DNA of 48,174 nucleotides from Octopus bimaculoides (Eukaryota), in NCBI RefSeq assembly GCF_001194135.2, contig NC_068991.1, positions 34,256,251 to 34,304,424 on the forward strand. The letters are read 5' to 3'. How positions within the stretch are numbered: the stretch's first letter is position 1; each line of letters starts with the position of its first letter. The position numbers and the translations under genes are program-made. Shown one piece after another: positions 24,754 to 35,725 of this stretch. The notes beneath the pieces were generated by a model, which searched no databases, had not been told where the DNA came from, and saw only the letters and a program-made list of their open reading frames with translations.

Positions 24754-27435
24754 NNNNNNNNNNNNNNNNNNNNNNNNNNNNNNNNNNNNNNNNNNNNNNN
24801 NNNNNNNNNNNNNNNNNNNNNNNNNNNNNNNNNNNNNNNNNNNNNNNNNNNNNNNNNNNNNNNNNNNNNNNNNNNNNNNNNNNNNNNNNNNNNNNNNNNN
24901 NNNNNNNNNNNNNNNNNNNNNNNNNNNNNNNNNNNNNNNNNNNNNNNNNNNNNNNNNNNNNNNNNNNNNNNNNNNNNNNNNNNNNNNNNNNNNNNNNNNN
25001 NNNNNNNNNNNNNNNNNNNNNNNNNNNNNNNNNNNNNNNNNNNNNNNNNNNNNNNNNNNNNNNNNNNNNNNNNNNNNNNNNNNNNNNNNNNNNNNNNNNN
25101 NNNNNNNNNNNNNNNNNNNNNNNNNNNNNNNNNNNNNNNNNNNNNNNNNNNNNNNNNNNNNNNNNNNNNNNNNNNNNNNNNNNNNNNNNNNNNNNNNNNN
25201 NNNNNNNNNNNNNNNNNNNNNNNNNNNNNNNNNNNNNNNNNNNNNNNNNNNNNNNNNNNNNNNNNNNNNNNNNNNNNNNNNNNNNNNNNNNNNNNNNNNN
25301 NNNNNNNNNNNNNNNNNNNNNNNNNNNNNNNNNNNNNNNNNNNNNNNNNNNNNNNNNNNNNNNNNNNNNNNNNNNNNNNNNNNNNNNNNNNNNNNNNNNN
25401 NNNNNNNNNNNNNNNNNNNNNNNNNNNNNNNNNNNNNNNNNNNNNNNNNNNNNNNNNNNNNNNNNNNNNNNNNNNNNNNNNNNNNNNNNNNNNNNNNNNN
25501 NNNNNNNNNNNNNNNNNNNNNNNNNNNNNNNNNNNNNNNNNNNNNNNNNNNNNNNNNNNNNNNNNNNNNNNNNNNNNNNNNNNNNNNNNNNNNNNNNNNN
25601 NNNNNNNNNNNNNNNNNNNNNNNNNNNNNNNNNNNNNNNNNNNNNNNNNNNNNNNNNNNNNNNNNNNNNNNNNNNNNNNNNNNNNNNNNNNNNNNNNNNN
25701 NNNNNNNNNNNNNNNNNGTAAATAATTATATTCGAATTATCACTCGATTAACACATTATAATTAAAATAAAATTTACGCTACATTAAAATAAACAATAAA
25801 AATTCTACAACAGTATATTCGCATACTAGGCTATCTACAACATACATATATACATCAAAATACATAGATGCATACGTACAGACAATATATGTATATAGGC
25901 ATATATTTATTTGTAAGACATAAATACATGCACGAATACACTTGTATACACATACACATGTGCACGCAATCATGCTCGCGTATGAAAATTATTTAGCGTT
26001 GGAACAGGCAAGTGTATCTTAAACTTATGGAGGGGGGAAGTAAGGGTTGGGAAGAGTAACGTATAGATAAAGGACGTTACTAATGTAGAAAGGGAGAAAG
26101 TGTGGTTTTCATGAGGAAGGAAAGAAAGGAAAAAAAGGAGAGAAAGAAGGAAAGAAAGAAGGGAAGAAAGAAATAGAGAAAGAAGGAAAGAAAGAGGGAA
26201 GTGTAGCATATATAACAAACGTACGCAAAATTGGATTTCGTATGTGTATACAAAAATGTATATTAGCATCACGTATAACAGATATATAGGGATATGTACG
26301 TGAATACACACAAATATAATTGTATATGTGTGTATGCACACATTCAAGTATGTATGTGTATAAGCCTGAGCGCACATTCTCATATGTAACATAGACGCGC
26401 ACACACGAATATATGTATGTATGTGTAAATATAAGCATACACTCTTACCCATGCATATACAAAGACGCACACACACGAAATCATGTATGTATGTACACAA
26501 GTGTAAAGTTAGGCTCTATACATAAGCATAAACACACACATACGAATGCATATGCATTGTTATAATACAGACATCCACATAAAAAACTTTTAGGTCTTAA
26601 CGTATATATGCAGACAACTTTTTAAAGAAATTGCTGAGTGTATAATAGCGAAAATTGGGCAAAAATACATATATTGAACCATCCATAAAAAAAGGTTAAA
26701 TTTGTTTACACAGGTTAAATTTGTTTACAAAATATTTTAAAATAAATACAAATAAAATAAAATAAAATAAAGTNNNNNNNNNNNNNNNNNNNNNNNNNNN
26801 NNNNNNNNNNNNNNNNNNNNNNNNNNNNNNNNNNNNNNNNNNNNNNNNNNNNNNNNNNNNNNNNNNNNNNNNNNNNNNNNNNNNNNNNNNNNNNNNNNNN
26901 NNNNNNNNNNNNNNNNNNNNNNNNNNNNNNNNNNNNNNNNNNNNNNNNNNNNNNNNNNNNNNNNNNNNNNNNNNNNNNNNNNNNNNNNNNNNNNNNNNNN
27001 NNNNNNNNNNNNNNNNNNNNNNNNNNNNNNNNNNNNNNNNNNNNNNNNNNNNNNNNNNNNNNNNNNNNNNNNNNNNNNNNNNNNNNNNNNNNNNNNNNNN
27101 NNNNNNNNNNNNNNNNNNNNNNNNNNNNNNNNNNNNNNNNNNNNNNNNNNNNNNNNNNNNNNNNNNNNNNNNNNNNNNNNNNNNNNNNNNNNNNNNNNNN
27201 NNNNNNNNNNNNNNNNNNNNNNNNNNNNNNNNNNNNNNNNNNNNNNNNNNNNNNNNNNNNNNNNNNNNNNNNNNNNNNNNNNNNNNNNNNNNNNNNNNNN
27301 NNNNNNNNNNNNNNNNNNNNNNNNNNNNNNNNNNNNNNNNNNNNNNNNNNNNNNNNNNNNNNNNNNNNNNNNNNNNNNNNNNNNNNNNNNNNNNNNNNNN
27401 NNNNNNNNNNNNNNNNNNNNNNNNNNNNNNNNNNN

Positions 27436-27950
27436 AACGGGACAGGAGGCTCCATCTTTGAAATTGCAGCTTTTTGTGAAAGAATTGGCATTATGATTTT
27501 TGGCAATTATCTTGTGCTGGCTAATCAAAGAGGCGAAGTTTTTGCAGCAAGAATAGCTGATCTTAAGCGTTCTTCTATTAATCGTACATCCCAAGTAAAT
27601 ATAATTGTATTTACTTGGGATGTACGATTAATTTGAAATAGCGCATATATAATCATTTGTCATCTTTTAGACTAAAGCATAAGGCAAATAGTATGTTGTT
27701 ATCAAATAAAATTTGGGAATTAAAGGAAAGTGGTACTAGTTTTAGCCTTAAATGGGAAATTATAAGAAAAGCCCAACCTTATAGAAATAGCAGATATCAA
27801 TGTGAATTATGCTCTATGGAAACATATGAAATGTTTAAACTCAGAAACAATTCTAACCTGATTAATAACAGATTAGACCTTAGAGTATTGTGTGTACACT
27901 GTTCTACTCGCACTTTTAAATATTTAAAAAGTAGCAAACTTAAATAATGT
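27436..27950. mobile_element. Penelope-like element with inverted 5' segment
   Basis: Minus strand 27580 to 27436: INRRTLKISYSCCKNFASLISQH...SCNFKDGASCPV (PLE pre-endonuclease motif KISYSC...CNC..CP). Plus strand from 27609: IYLGCTINLK*RIYNHLSSFR...IWELK...KWEIIRKAQPY...CELC (GIY-YIG). Confidence 0.88.
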
Positions 27951-28496
27951 GGTATTTTAACATCTACTATGTTTATCTTAGGCTATTAATTAGCACATAT
28001 TTAAATTGAAATTGAACTTTTATAACATATTTTTGATCTCTTACCTTAATGTATAATCTTCCTGTGAAAAATAAAATTTCAACTTTATCCATGGATGGTA
28101 TATGGTTTTACTAAAACTTTCTTCACATCACTTTTGCTATTACTGTTAGTTTTAGTATGTATCTTACTTACTTTACTTTATTTAACTTAAAAGAATAGGA
28201 TGTTTTGAAATTTCTTAATAGTTTTAAATAGCTTTCAAACCTTTTAAAATTTTATTTAATGCCTGACCCTAAAGGATCCATATTATTCCATTATTCCATG
28301 GTTTGTGGTAGTATTATTACTGTTATTTTATGGGTAACTTAAATAAATCTAATCCTTGTTCCATTATTATTTTGTACTTGGCCCATGTTAGTTAACACAA
28401 GTTCCTGATTATTTAAGATAGTGTGGTCTAATTGAACTAGTACATAATTATCATGTTCTCTATTGGTTGTTTGGACCGCTATTGTATTCTTTGTTA

Positions 28497-28833
28497 TTCC
28501 AACCATTCATTTTATCAGTTTCTTAAACCTTGATGAGTTCATTATTATAAACTATGTAAATCCTATATATCAATTCTTTACATTAGTTATAAAATAAATT
28601 TTGTCTCTTATGTGTCCTTTAAATGATATTAGATATATAAGTTTTAATTTTCACCATTATATTCTATGTTAATTCCAATCATTCATTTTACCAGTTTCTT
28701 AAACTTTGATGAGTCCATCATTATAAACCATATAAACATGTAAATCCTGTGTATCAATTCTTTATAGTAGTTATAAAATAAATTTTATTTCTTATGTATC
28801 TTTTAAATAATATTAGATATATAAGTTTAATTT
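28497..28833 (+). repeat. Two diverged tandem copies of a ~176-bp AT-rich unit
   Basis: TTCCAA(C/T)CATTCATTTTA(T/C)CAGTTTCTTAAAC...ATTAGATATATAAGTTT starts at ~28497 and ~28673. Confidence 0.8.
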
Positions 28834-29910
28834 TAAATTTTAAAATAATTTTTAGTCCAATATATATAAAAAGAATTTTTAATTTCACATCTTATCTATG
28901 GTTCTTTATATTAGTGTAAATAAGTCTTAAATGTACTTTACCAAAGCCTTTTAAATTAATACTACTTCATGATTTCTGCATATCGAATGCATTGATTAGT
29001 TACATTACTATACACTATTTCTTTTTATTTCTCATTTCATTATTAATTTATTAATTTATAATTAGCTTTTATTTATTCACATTAATTAAGCAAATATTGG
29101 TATCTCAAAGTTTCCATACTTAGTATATGTTAAACAATACTGATACATTATTTTGATTAATGAAAACTATAAATGAACATATACTGTATCTGTACATATA
29201 TAGCAACTTTATTTTATTTTATATACTTTTGACCTAGGTGCCTTATGTTAAACTTCCCCTGCTACATTATAAACTGGTCTGCTAGTAGACCCCCTCCCAA
29301 ACCTATAATAGTGTGTCACTAAAACCAAAAGAATCTTTATAACCATATCCATGTGTGTTGTTTACCCCTTCCCTTTCCTTATAAGGAAAAGGCTGGTGCC
29401 CTCTTAAGCTTTGAATCACTAAGTCTGATAAGATGAAACAAAACAACAAATAAAATCAGTGACAGTTAAAATCTGTTTGGAATTAATTACTAGCNNNNNN
29501 NNNNNNNNNNNNNNNNNNNNNNNNNNNNNNNNNNNNNNNNNNNNNNNNNNNNNNNNNNNNNNNNNNNNNNNNNNNNNNNNNNNNNNNNNNNNNNATGTGT
29601 ATGTGTGCATATATATATGTGTATATGTGTATATAACTATGTGTGTATGTATGTGTATATATATTTGTATGTATGTGTTGTCCATCCTACTATCTCCAAC
29701 GGTTTTTTCAAATGAATCACGTCATAACAACTATAGTTATCATACTCGGTCATAATGTCTTACATTTAAGATGATTCCCATGCATTTCCCTGTGGAGAAG
29801 TTTACATTTTTAACATCGCCGATTCCTATGGATCGCATGAATTGTAATTCTTCGAAACATATGTCGGAATAAAGTATGCAGTTATAACATGCGTTTTCTC
29901 CATTCCTTAA

Positions 29911-29945
<35 letters not shown>

Positions 29946-29947
<2 letters not shown>

Positions 29948-30055
29948 CGTAAGAGTGGCTGTGTGGTAAGTAGCTTGCTTACCAACCACATGGTTCCGGG
30001 TTCAGTCCCACTGCGTGGCACCTTGGGCAAGTGTCTTCTACTATAGCCTCGGGCC
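29946..30055 (+). mobile_element. Young tRNA-derived SINE head (octopus-type), runs into gap
   Basis: GGCGTAAGAGTGGCTGTGTGGTAAGTAGCTTGC...GGTTCAGTCCCACTGCGTGGCACCTTGGGCAAGTG with A and B boxes. Confidence 0.85.
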
Positions 30056-30942
30056 NNNNNNNNNNNNNNNNNNNNNNNNNNNNNNNNNNNNNNNNNNNNN
30101 NNNNNNNNNNNNNNNNNNNNNNNNNNNNNNNNNNNNNNNNNNNNNNNNNNNNNNNNNNNNNNNNNNNNNNNNNNNNNNNNNNNNNNNNNNNNNNNNNNNN
30201 NNNNNNNNNNNNNNNNNNNNNNNNNNNNNNNNNNNNNNNNNNNNNNNNNNNNNNNNNNNNNNNNNNNNNNNNNNNNNNNNNNNNNNNNNNNNNNNNNNNN
30301 NNNNNNNNNNNNNNNNNNNNNNNNNNNNNNNNNNNNNNNNNNNNNNNNNNNNNNNNNNNNNNNNNNNNNNNNNNNNNNNNNNNNNNNNNNNNNNNNNNNN
30401 NNNNNNNNNNNNNNNNNNNNNNNNNNNNNNNNNNNNNNNNNNNNNNNNNNNNNNNNNNNNNNNNNNNNNNNNNNNNNNNNNNNNNNNNNNNNNNNNNNNN
30501 NNNNNNNNNNNNNNNNNNNNNNNNNNNNNNNNNNNNNNNNNNNNNNNNNNNNNNNNNNNNNNNNNNNNNNNNNNNNNNNNNNNNNNNNNNNNNNNNNNNN
30601 NNNNNNNNNNNNNNNNNNNNNNNNNNNNNNNNNNNNNNNNNNNNNNNNNNNNNNNNNNNNNNNNNNNNNNNNNNNNNNNNNNNNNNNNNNNNNNNNNNNN
30701 NNNNNNNNNNNNNNNNNNNNNNNNNNNNNNNNNNNNNNNNNNNNNNNNNNNNNNNNNNNNNNNNNNNNNNNNNNNNNNNNNNNNNNNNNNNNNNNNNNNN
30801 NNNNNNNNNNNNNNNNNNNNNNNNNNNNNNNNNNNNNNNNNNNNNNNNNNNNNNNNNNNNNNNNNNNNNNNNNNNNNNNNNNNNNNNNNNNNNNNNNNNN
30901 NNNNNNNNNNNNNNNNNNNNNNNNNNNNNNNNNNNNNNNNNN

Positions 30943-30984
<42 letters not shown>

Positions 30985-31010
30985 ATACATATATGGATAT
31001 ATATATACAT

Positions 31011-31300
31011 ATTATGGCCTCAGGCTGACCAAAGCCTTGTGAGTGGATTTCGTACATGGAAACTGAAAGAAGATTGTCATATATATGTGTATATTTGTGT
31101 GTGTTTGTGTTTGTACCCACATGTTTGCTTCACAACTGATTTTGCTGTGTTTACATTCCCAAAATTTTAGCGGTTCAACAAAAGACACTAATACGATAAG
31201 TACTAGGCTTACAAAGAATAAATCCTGATTTTGAGTTTTTTGACTGAAAGCGGTGCTCCAGCATGGATGCAGTCACATGGCTGAAAGAAGTAAAACAATA
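31011..31300 (+). mobile_element. Same SINE family, body and tail
   Basis: GACCAAAGCCTTGTGAGTGGATT...(TG)n...GCGGTGCTCCAGCATGG...GTAAAA tail. Confidence 0.8.
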
Positions 31301-31361
31301 AAAAACTATGCCATTTTAATCCCAAGCAAGGCTGGGCATCTCTGCTAGTACATGTATATAT

Positions 31362-31556
31362 ATTTGCATGTGTGTCTGTGTTTGTCCCCTCCACCATCAC
31401 TTGACAACCGATGTTGGTGTGTCCATATCCTGAAAACTTAGTGGTTTGGCAAAATAGACTGATAGAATAAGTCCTGGGGTCAATTTGTTTGATTAAAGGT
31501 GGTGCTCCTGCATGGCCACAGTCAAATTACTGAAACAAGTAAAAGAATAAAAGAAA
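31362..31556 (+). mobile_element. Same SINE family, 3' half
   Basis: TTTGTCCCCTCCACC...TTGACAACCGATGTTGG...GGTGGTGCTCCTGCATGGCC...GAAACAAGTAAAAGAATAAAAG. Confidence 0.8.
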
Positions 31557-31691
31557 GAATCTATTTCTCTCTTATTAGTAAGCACTGTAAACTTCTGCCA
31601 AACCAGAAGTTTCGTTTCGTTTTGTAAAATATAGTGACTGTATGCTTGTTAAAAATAACCTTTTAAGAAATCATTCTTTATTTGTTTTCAG

Positions 31692-31784
31692 ATTCCATGC
31701 AAAATAAAATCATATAAAACGAATAACTTTAGTAACACCAAAGCTTTATATCATACCACAACATGGTTGAGCACTTTGAAATCT
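31692..31784 (+). CDS. Putative coding exon of the host gene (IPCKIKSYKTNNFSNTKALYHTTTWLSTLKS), phase 0-0
   Basis: Pyrimidine tract TTCTTTATTTGTTTTCAG acceptor (31691), 93 nt open only in phase 0, donor TCT|GTAAGT at 31785; basic, Ser/Thr-rich, no acidic residues. Confidence 0.6.
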
Positions 31785-32059
31785 GTAAGTTTTTTTTTCA
31801 TTTTTTATAACTGTTTTTTCTTTATTTTGTAAATGTTGCTTCTTTAGACAACTTCAAGCAATTGATTTATGCCTCTCATGTAATATGCTTTTTTTTCCCC
31901 TCAAAATGGATGTCATGTAGGAATGTGGGAAATTTGGTGAATGACCCAGTTGTGCATGTGTGTGTGTATACATAGAGACACATATACATGCACATGTGTG
32001 CATGCACACACATACACACACACACGTACACAGCTTTACCATTCAATTTTGTAGAGATG

Positions 32060-32480
32060 GGTGAGTCTTCTCGAGAACTGCATATTGCCAGTCATCTCAG
32101 TCTTTGTCATCTCATCTGTGAGGCTCAGAATACTGAGATCAGCTTTCAGTACTTCATTCCATGTCTTGCTGGTTCTTCTTCTTTTATATGCTCTATCCAT
32201 ATTTAGTGATCAGCACTTATTTTTGCAGCTATCTTCATTCATACACATCACATGTCCATACCAGCAACTACATCTTATGCTCAGTTTTTCTTTCAGCACA
32301 TTTGTACTGCCTTTCATGCATACTTACACTGCATATCCATTGGAGCATGCTCGCTTCATTTCTTTCCAGTCTTCTCAAATCTTCTGCATTCAAAACCCAT
32401 GTCTTACTACTATGCAACATTATAGTTCTAACACACGTATCATACAATTTTCTCATATGTATAAATACACGTGCATGGTA
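32060..32480 (-). mobile_element. RTE LINE 3' fragment
   Basis: KLYDTCVRTIMLHSSKTWVLNAEDLRRLERNEASMLQWIC...RKTWNEVLKADL. Confidence 0.8.
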
Positions 32481-32799
32481 AATGTCTTACAGTATGTGAG
32501 ATAGCCACTTATTTAACCAATTGAGAAACCACATTTGATTAATATTTGTAGCTAATTCATTTCATTTATGACTCTAATGCAAAATTTTCCACATCCATCT
32601 CCTCTTGAATGTAGTCATTTGAGCTTCAACTAATAAATATGAATTTCTTTATTAAATTAAAAAGAAATACTCTAGAGAAAGAGGCAAGTTTATGAAAGAT
32701 GATTTTTCTAAGCCAACTTACTCTACTAAGGTTCTTAAAGAAGATATAAATATTCCAGAATCACATTTGCATCCTGTATCAAATTGTGGTCTGTTAAAA

Positions 32800-33020
32800 G
32801 AAAGTCAGAAAGTTTAATTTTTTAATAACAATCACCATATTATTCCTTATCTCTAGCATGAGAGCTTCGATCATGCTCAATATTGATTTCATGAATACTA
32901 AATACAGCTGAGATTGAACCAATACATCAGCAGGTCCAAGTCCTGAGCCTTCATCGTTGGAATGAGCCCTTATTCTTTGAAAGCAGAGAAACAAGCCAAA
33001 ACAAACATAAAACAAGGTCA
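32800..33020 (-). mobile_element. Possible CR1-type RT fragment
   Basis: IPTMKAQDLDLL resembles the K(A/S)xGPD RT-entry motif; heavily decayed. Confidence 0.35.
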
Positions 33021-33089
33021 TATTCTACTTTGATAATGTTTGTCATAGAAAAATTGTACAACTATCCATGTATGGCAAATGGACTACAA

Positions 33090-34450
33090 GGAAATAAGGA
33101 CAAGATTATTGTCAAATTGCTTGAGATGTTTCAAACTGAGATGTTGAGAAGACTGTCTTCCAGTCATTTTCTACATTTAATAGCTTTTCATTGTAGCACT
33201 GCCATAACTCATTCTTTCAGAATTACTATCTGCAAATGTGTCATTATCCATCTGTACACTCATCTCTCTCACAATGTCTGAATTTTCTCTGATAGAGTGC
33301 CATGCAAACTGGAACACCTCATGCCTCTAGTAATCATGTTGAAGAACACTGACAAAACCCTTGCTAAATAGACTTGTCATCTAACTTCTTTCTAGCTATC
33401 TGGTATAATTCTCTGCTACCCCATTCTTCTAATCTTTCCAAGCCTGTCTCTTTGCATTTATGGTTTTGTTTACTTCACTGTTCCACTACCACATTACTCT
33501 CAGTCTAACTTGCATATTGCACCAGTCACAGATTTGGCCTGTAGCTCTAAATAAGTTGTCATGTAGGAACCTCTAGTTGTCATGGATGTTATACAGCTTA
33601 TCTTCTTCTCATCTTCAAATAGTACTTCTCTAAATTTATGGCCATTCAGTAGATCTTTAAGCTATATCTCTGTTTCAAGACTGATTTCTGTCTCTAAGCC
33701 CTTCTAGCTCTAAGTCTGAAGTCACTAACCACAAACATATGTTGGGTTGTACATCCTTCATCAGAGGAGGACTTCACATTCACAATCAACTATCCATTTC
33801 ATTTTCTGAAAAGGAATGAGTCAATCTAGCTTGTGTGTTCACATGGTTAATGGTGATCAGGTGACTTATTGGTTTCCCGAAGTTAGTGTTGCTTATCATT
33901 AGGTTATTTGAACCACAGAACTCCAAGATCCTGGTTCCCTACTCATTTTTAGAACCAAAGCTACATCCCCTATGTACACTATGGAATCCACCAGAGTGCT
34001 GCCCAACATGTCTGATGTAGTCATCAGTCATGAAGACAAGATCAAAGACCTGTTCAGATTGAGAAGTATATGAATAGATAAATGTCACTGTCATATTTTC
34101 CAAGATTAATCTAAGCTAAACTATCTCCCTCTGACTATCTTGATCACTTCATCTACCCTTTTCTCTGCCACCGCCTACCCAGAAGAATTTATAGCTTTGT
34201 TCTTTGCCTGTAAGGGATGTAGCTGAGGCTCCCTCCACCTTATTTTTTGCATGCAGCACATGTCTACACACTTCTGCTCTGGTATTTCAAGAATCTTGAT
34301 GAGCATATCATTCATTGTGCCTATGTTGATTGTGGCTTCTCTAAAGATGTAAATTTAACAGGAAGAGCAAGTGGGTAGTTGGGGGACAGTTTTCATTGTC
34401 TGAAAAGAAGGTTTGTGTGAACATTTACATGTGGGCAGAGGGGTCGAGCA
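33090..34450 (-). mobile_element. RTE LINE 5' portion (APE endonuclease)
   Basis: TINIGTM...VDMCCMQKIRWR and HVGQHSGGFHSVHRGCSFGSKNE*GTRILEFC. Confidence 0.75.
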
Positions 34451-34622
34451 CATGTTTGATTATTCAATATTGCCACTCAATAAATTATGTCCTTTAGATA
34501 CCAAGTAGCCTCTACTGAAAAGGGGTACATAGCTAGAAACATCAACGAAAATTAGCAATGGTGAGTATGTGTATATACATACACCACACAGACATAATAT
34601 ATATATTTACTTGTATATATAA

Positions 34623-34760
34623 GTGCAAGCATAACAGTGTGGTTAGAAACTTTGCTTCACATAGTTACAAATTCAGTCCTACTATGTGGCACCAAAGCCC
34701 TATGAGTGGATTCAGTTGACTGAAATTGAGAGAAAACATTATCTGTGTGGATTGTGTGTG
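34623..34760 (+). mobile_element. Old, internally deleted copy of the SINE family
   Basis: GTGTGGTTAGAA...TTCAGTCCTACTATGTGGCACC/AAAGCCCTATGAGTGGATT. Confidence 0.6.
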
Positions 34761-34961
34761 TGTGTGTACATACTTACATACATACATACAGACAGATGCA
34801 CACGCACATACACACGCACACACAGACACACGCACACACACACACAGACACACACACAAGTTGTCTAGGGATCCATAAGTCAGGAAAATATGCACTCATA
34901 TATGTGTCAATACAGTGAGTATATTATCTGAAGTGTCCAGTATTATACATTCACTGTGGCT

Positions 34962-35014
34962 GATCATACCAATCGGTTTTATGCTAGAGATTCAACCCTA
35001 CTCTCATCAGAGGT
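34962..35014 (-). ncRNA. Degenerate hammerhead, left arm of palindrome
   Basis: Minus strand CTGATGA-GAG-TAGGG ttgaat CTCTA-GCAT-AAAA-CCgattGGTA; the GAAA core reads AAAA. Confidence 0.5.
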
Positions 35015-35052
35015 AGCTGATATGGAATCAAATATTTCATTCCATATCAGCT

Positions 35053-35135
35053 ACCTCTGATGAGCATAGGGTTACATAATCAGGCTGTTACCTAACACTC
35101 CGTTGAATCCCTTGCACGAAACCAATAGGTAAGAT
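35053..35135 (+). ncRNA. Hammerhead ribozyme, core intact, stems I and II imperfect
   Basis: CTGATGA 35057-63, G35064/C35117 closing pair, GCA.AGGG/CCCTTGC stem II, GAAA 35118-21, ACC-aata-GGT stem III, GUA cleavage after 35131, ACCT/AGAT stem I with one mismatch. Confidence 0.65.
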
Positions 35136-35192
35136 CGGGTGTAATGGTCATGTAATACTGTACACTTCAGATATTATATATATATACATATA

Positions 35193-35318
35193 TTAGGTTG
35201 AGGGAAAAGTTCATGCACCGTGTTAAAATAATGCTTTTTCATATATTTTTGTGGTGTGTGTGTGTTCATTCAGTTCATTATCTTAACATGGCACACAGAA
35301 TTTTTTCTCAACTTGTGT
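35193..35318. mobile_element. Possible mariner-derived MITE
   Basis: Imperfect TIRs TTAGGTTGAGGGAAAAGTTC / GAATTTTTTCTCAACTTG in TA context. Confidence 0.35.
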
Positions 35319-35725
35319 ATGTATATATATATATATATATATACGTAATTCACAGTATACGGATTCAACTAATCCAGTGGTATTCATAAAAAGCTCCTTA
35401 ATGTATCATTCTACAAAACACATAGAATATATAGTATGATGCAAAAGAAGAATATGAGAAGTGTATAAAATTATAAATAGAGAAGTATACCAAAATTATT
35501 TACTTTTTCCTTTTTAATATCTTACTAAATTTCCCTTCCCTTCTAAAGAAAACCATTTTATTAACTCGATTTTAATAAACCTCTGTACTTTTCTTTCGTT
35601 GAAATGGTAAAAGCCTTTGACAGGGTCTCCAATCCCTTATCTTGTCATCAATGTGGAAACTAGAGATAGATGAGTGGTTAGTGAGAGCTGTACAAGCTAC
35701 ATACTTATTATCTTCCATATCTTAT

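Noticed and set aside
10122-26500. ORFs rich in Y/I/C/V/M/H (e.g. 10122, 11766, 12003, 25970, 26109)
   Set aside because: Translations of TA/TG/CA microsatellites.
27436-27639. Plus-strand open frame NGTGGSIFEIAAFCERIG...RTSQ with an apparent GTAAAT donor
   Set aside because: It is the antisense of the inverted PLE segment, and the donor-like site is the palindrome arm.
32660-32815. Plus-strand frame KKYSRERGKFMKDDFSKPTYSTKVLKED
   Set aside because: No convincing acceptor or donor, and it abuts minus-strand LINE debris.
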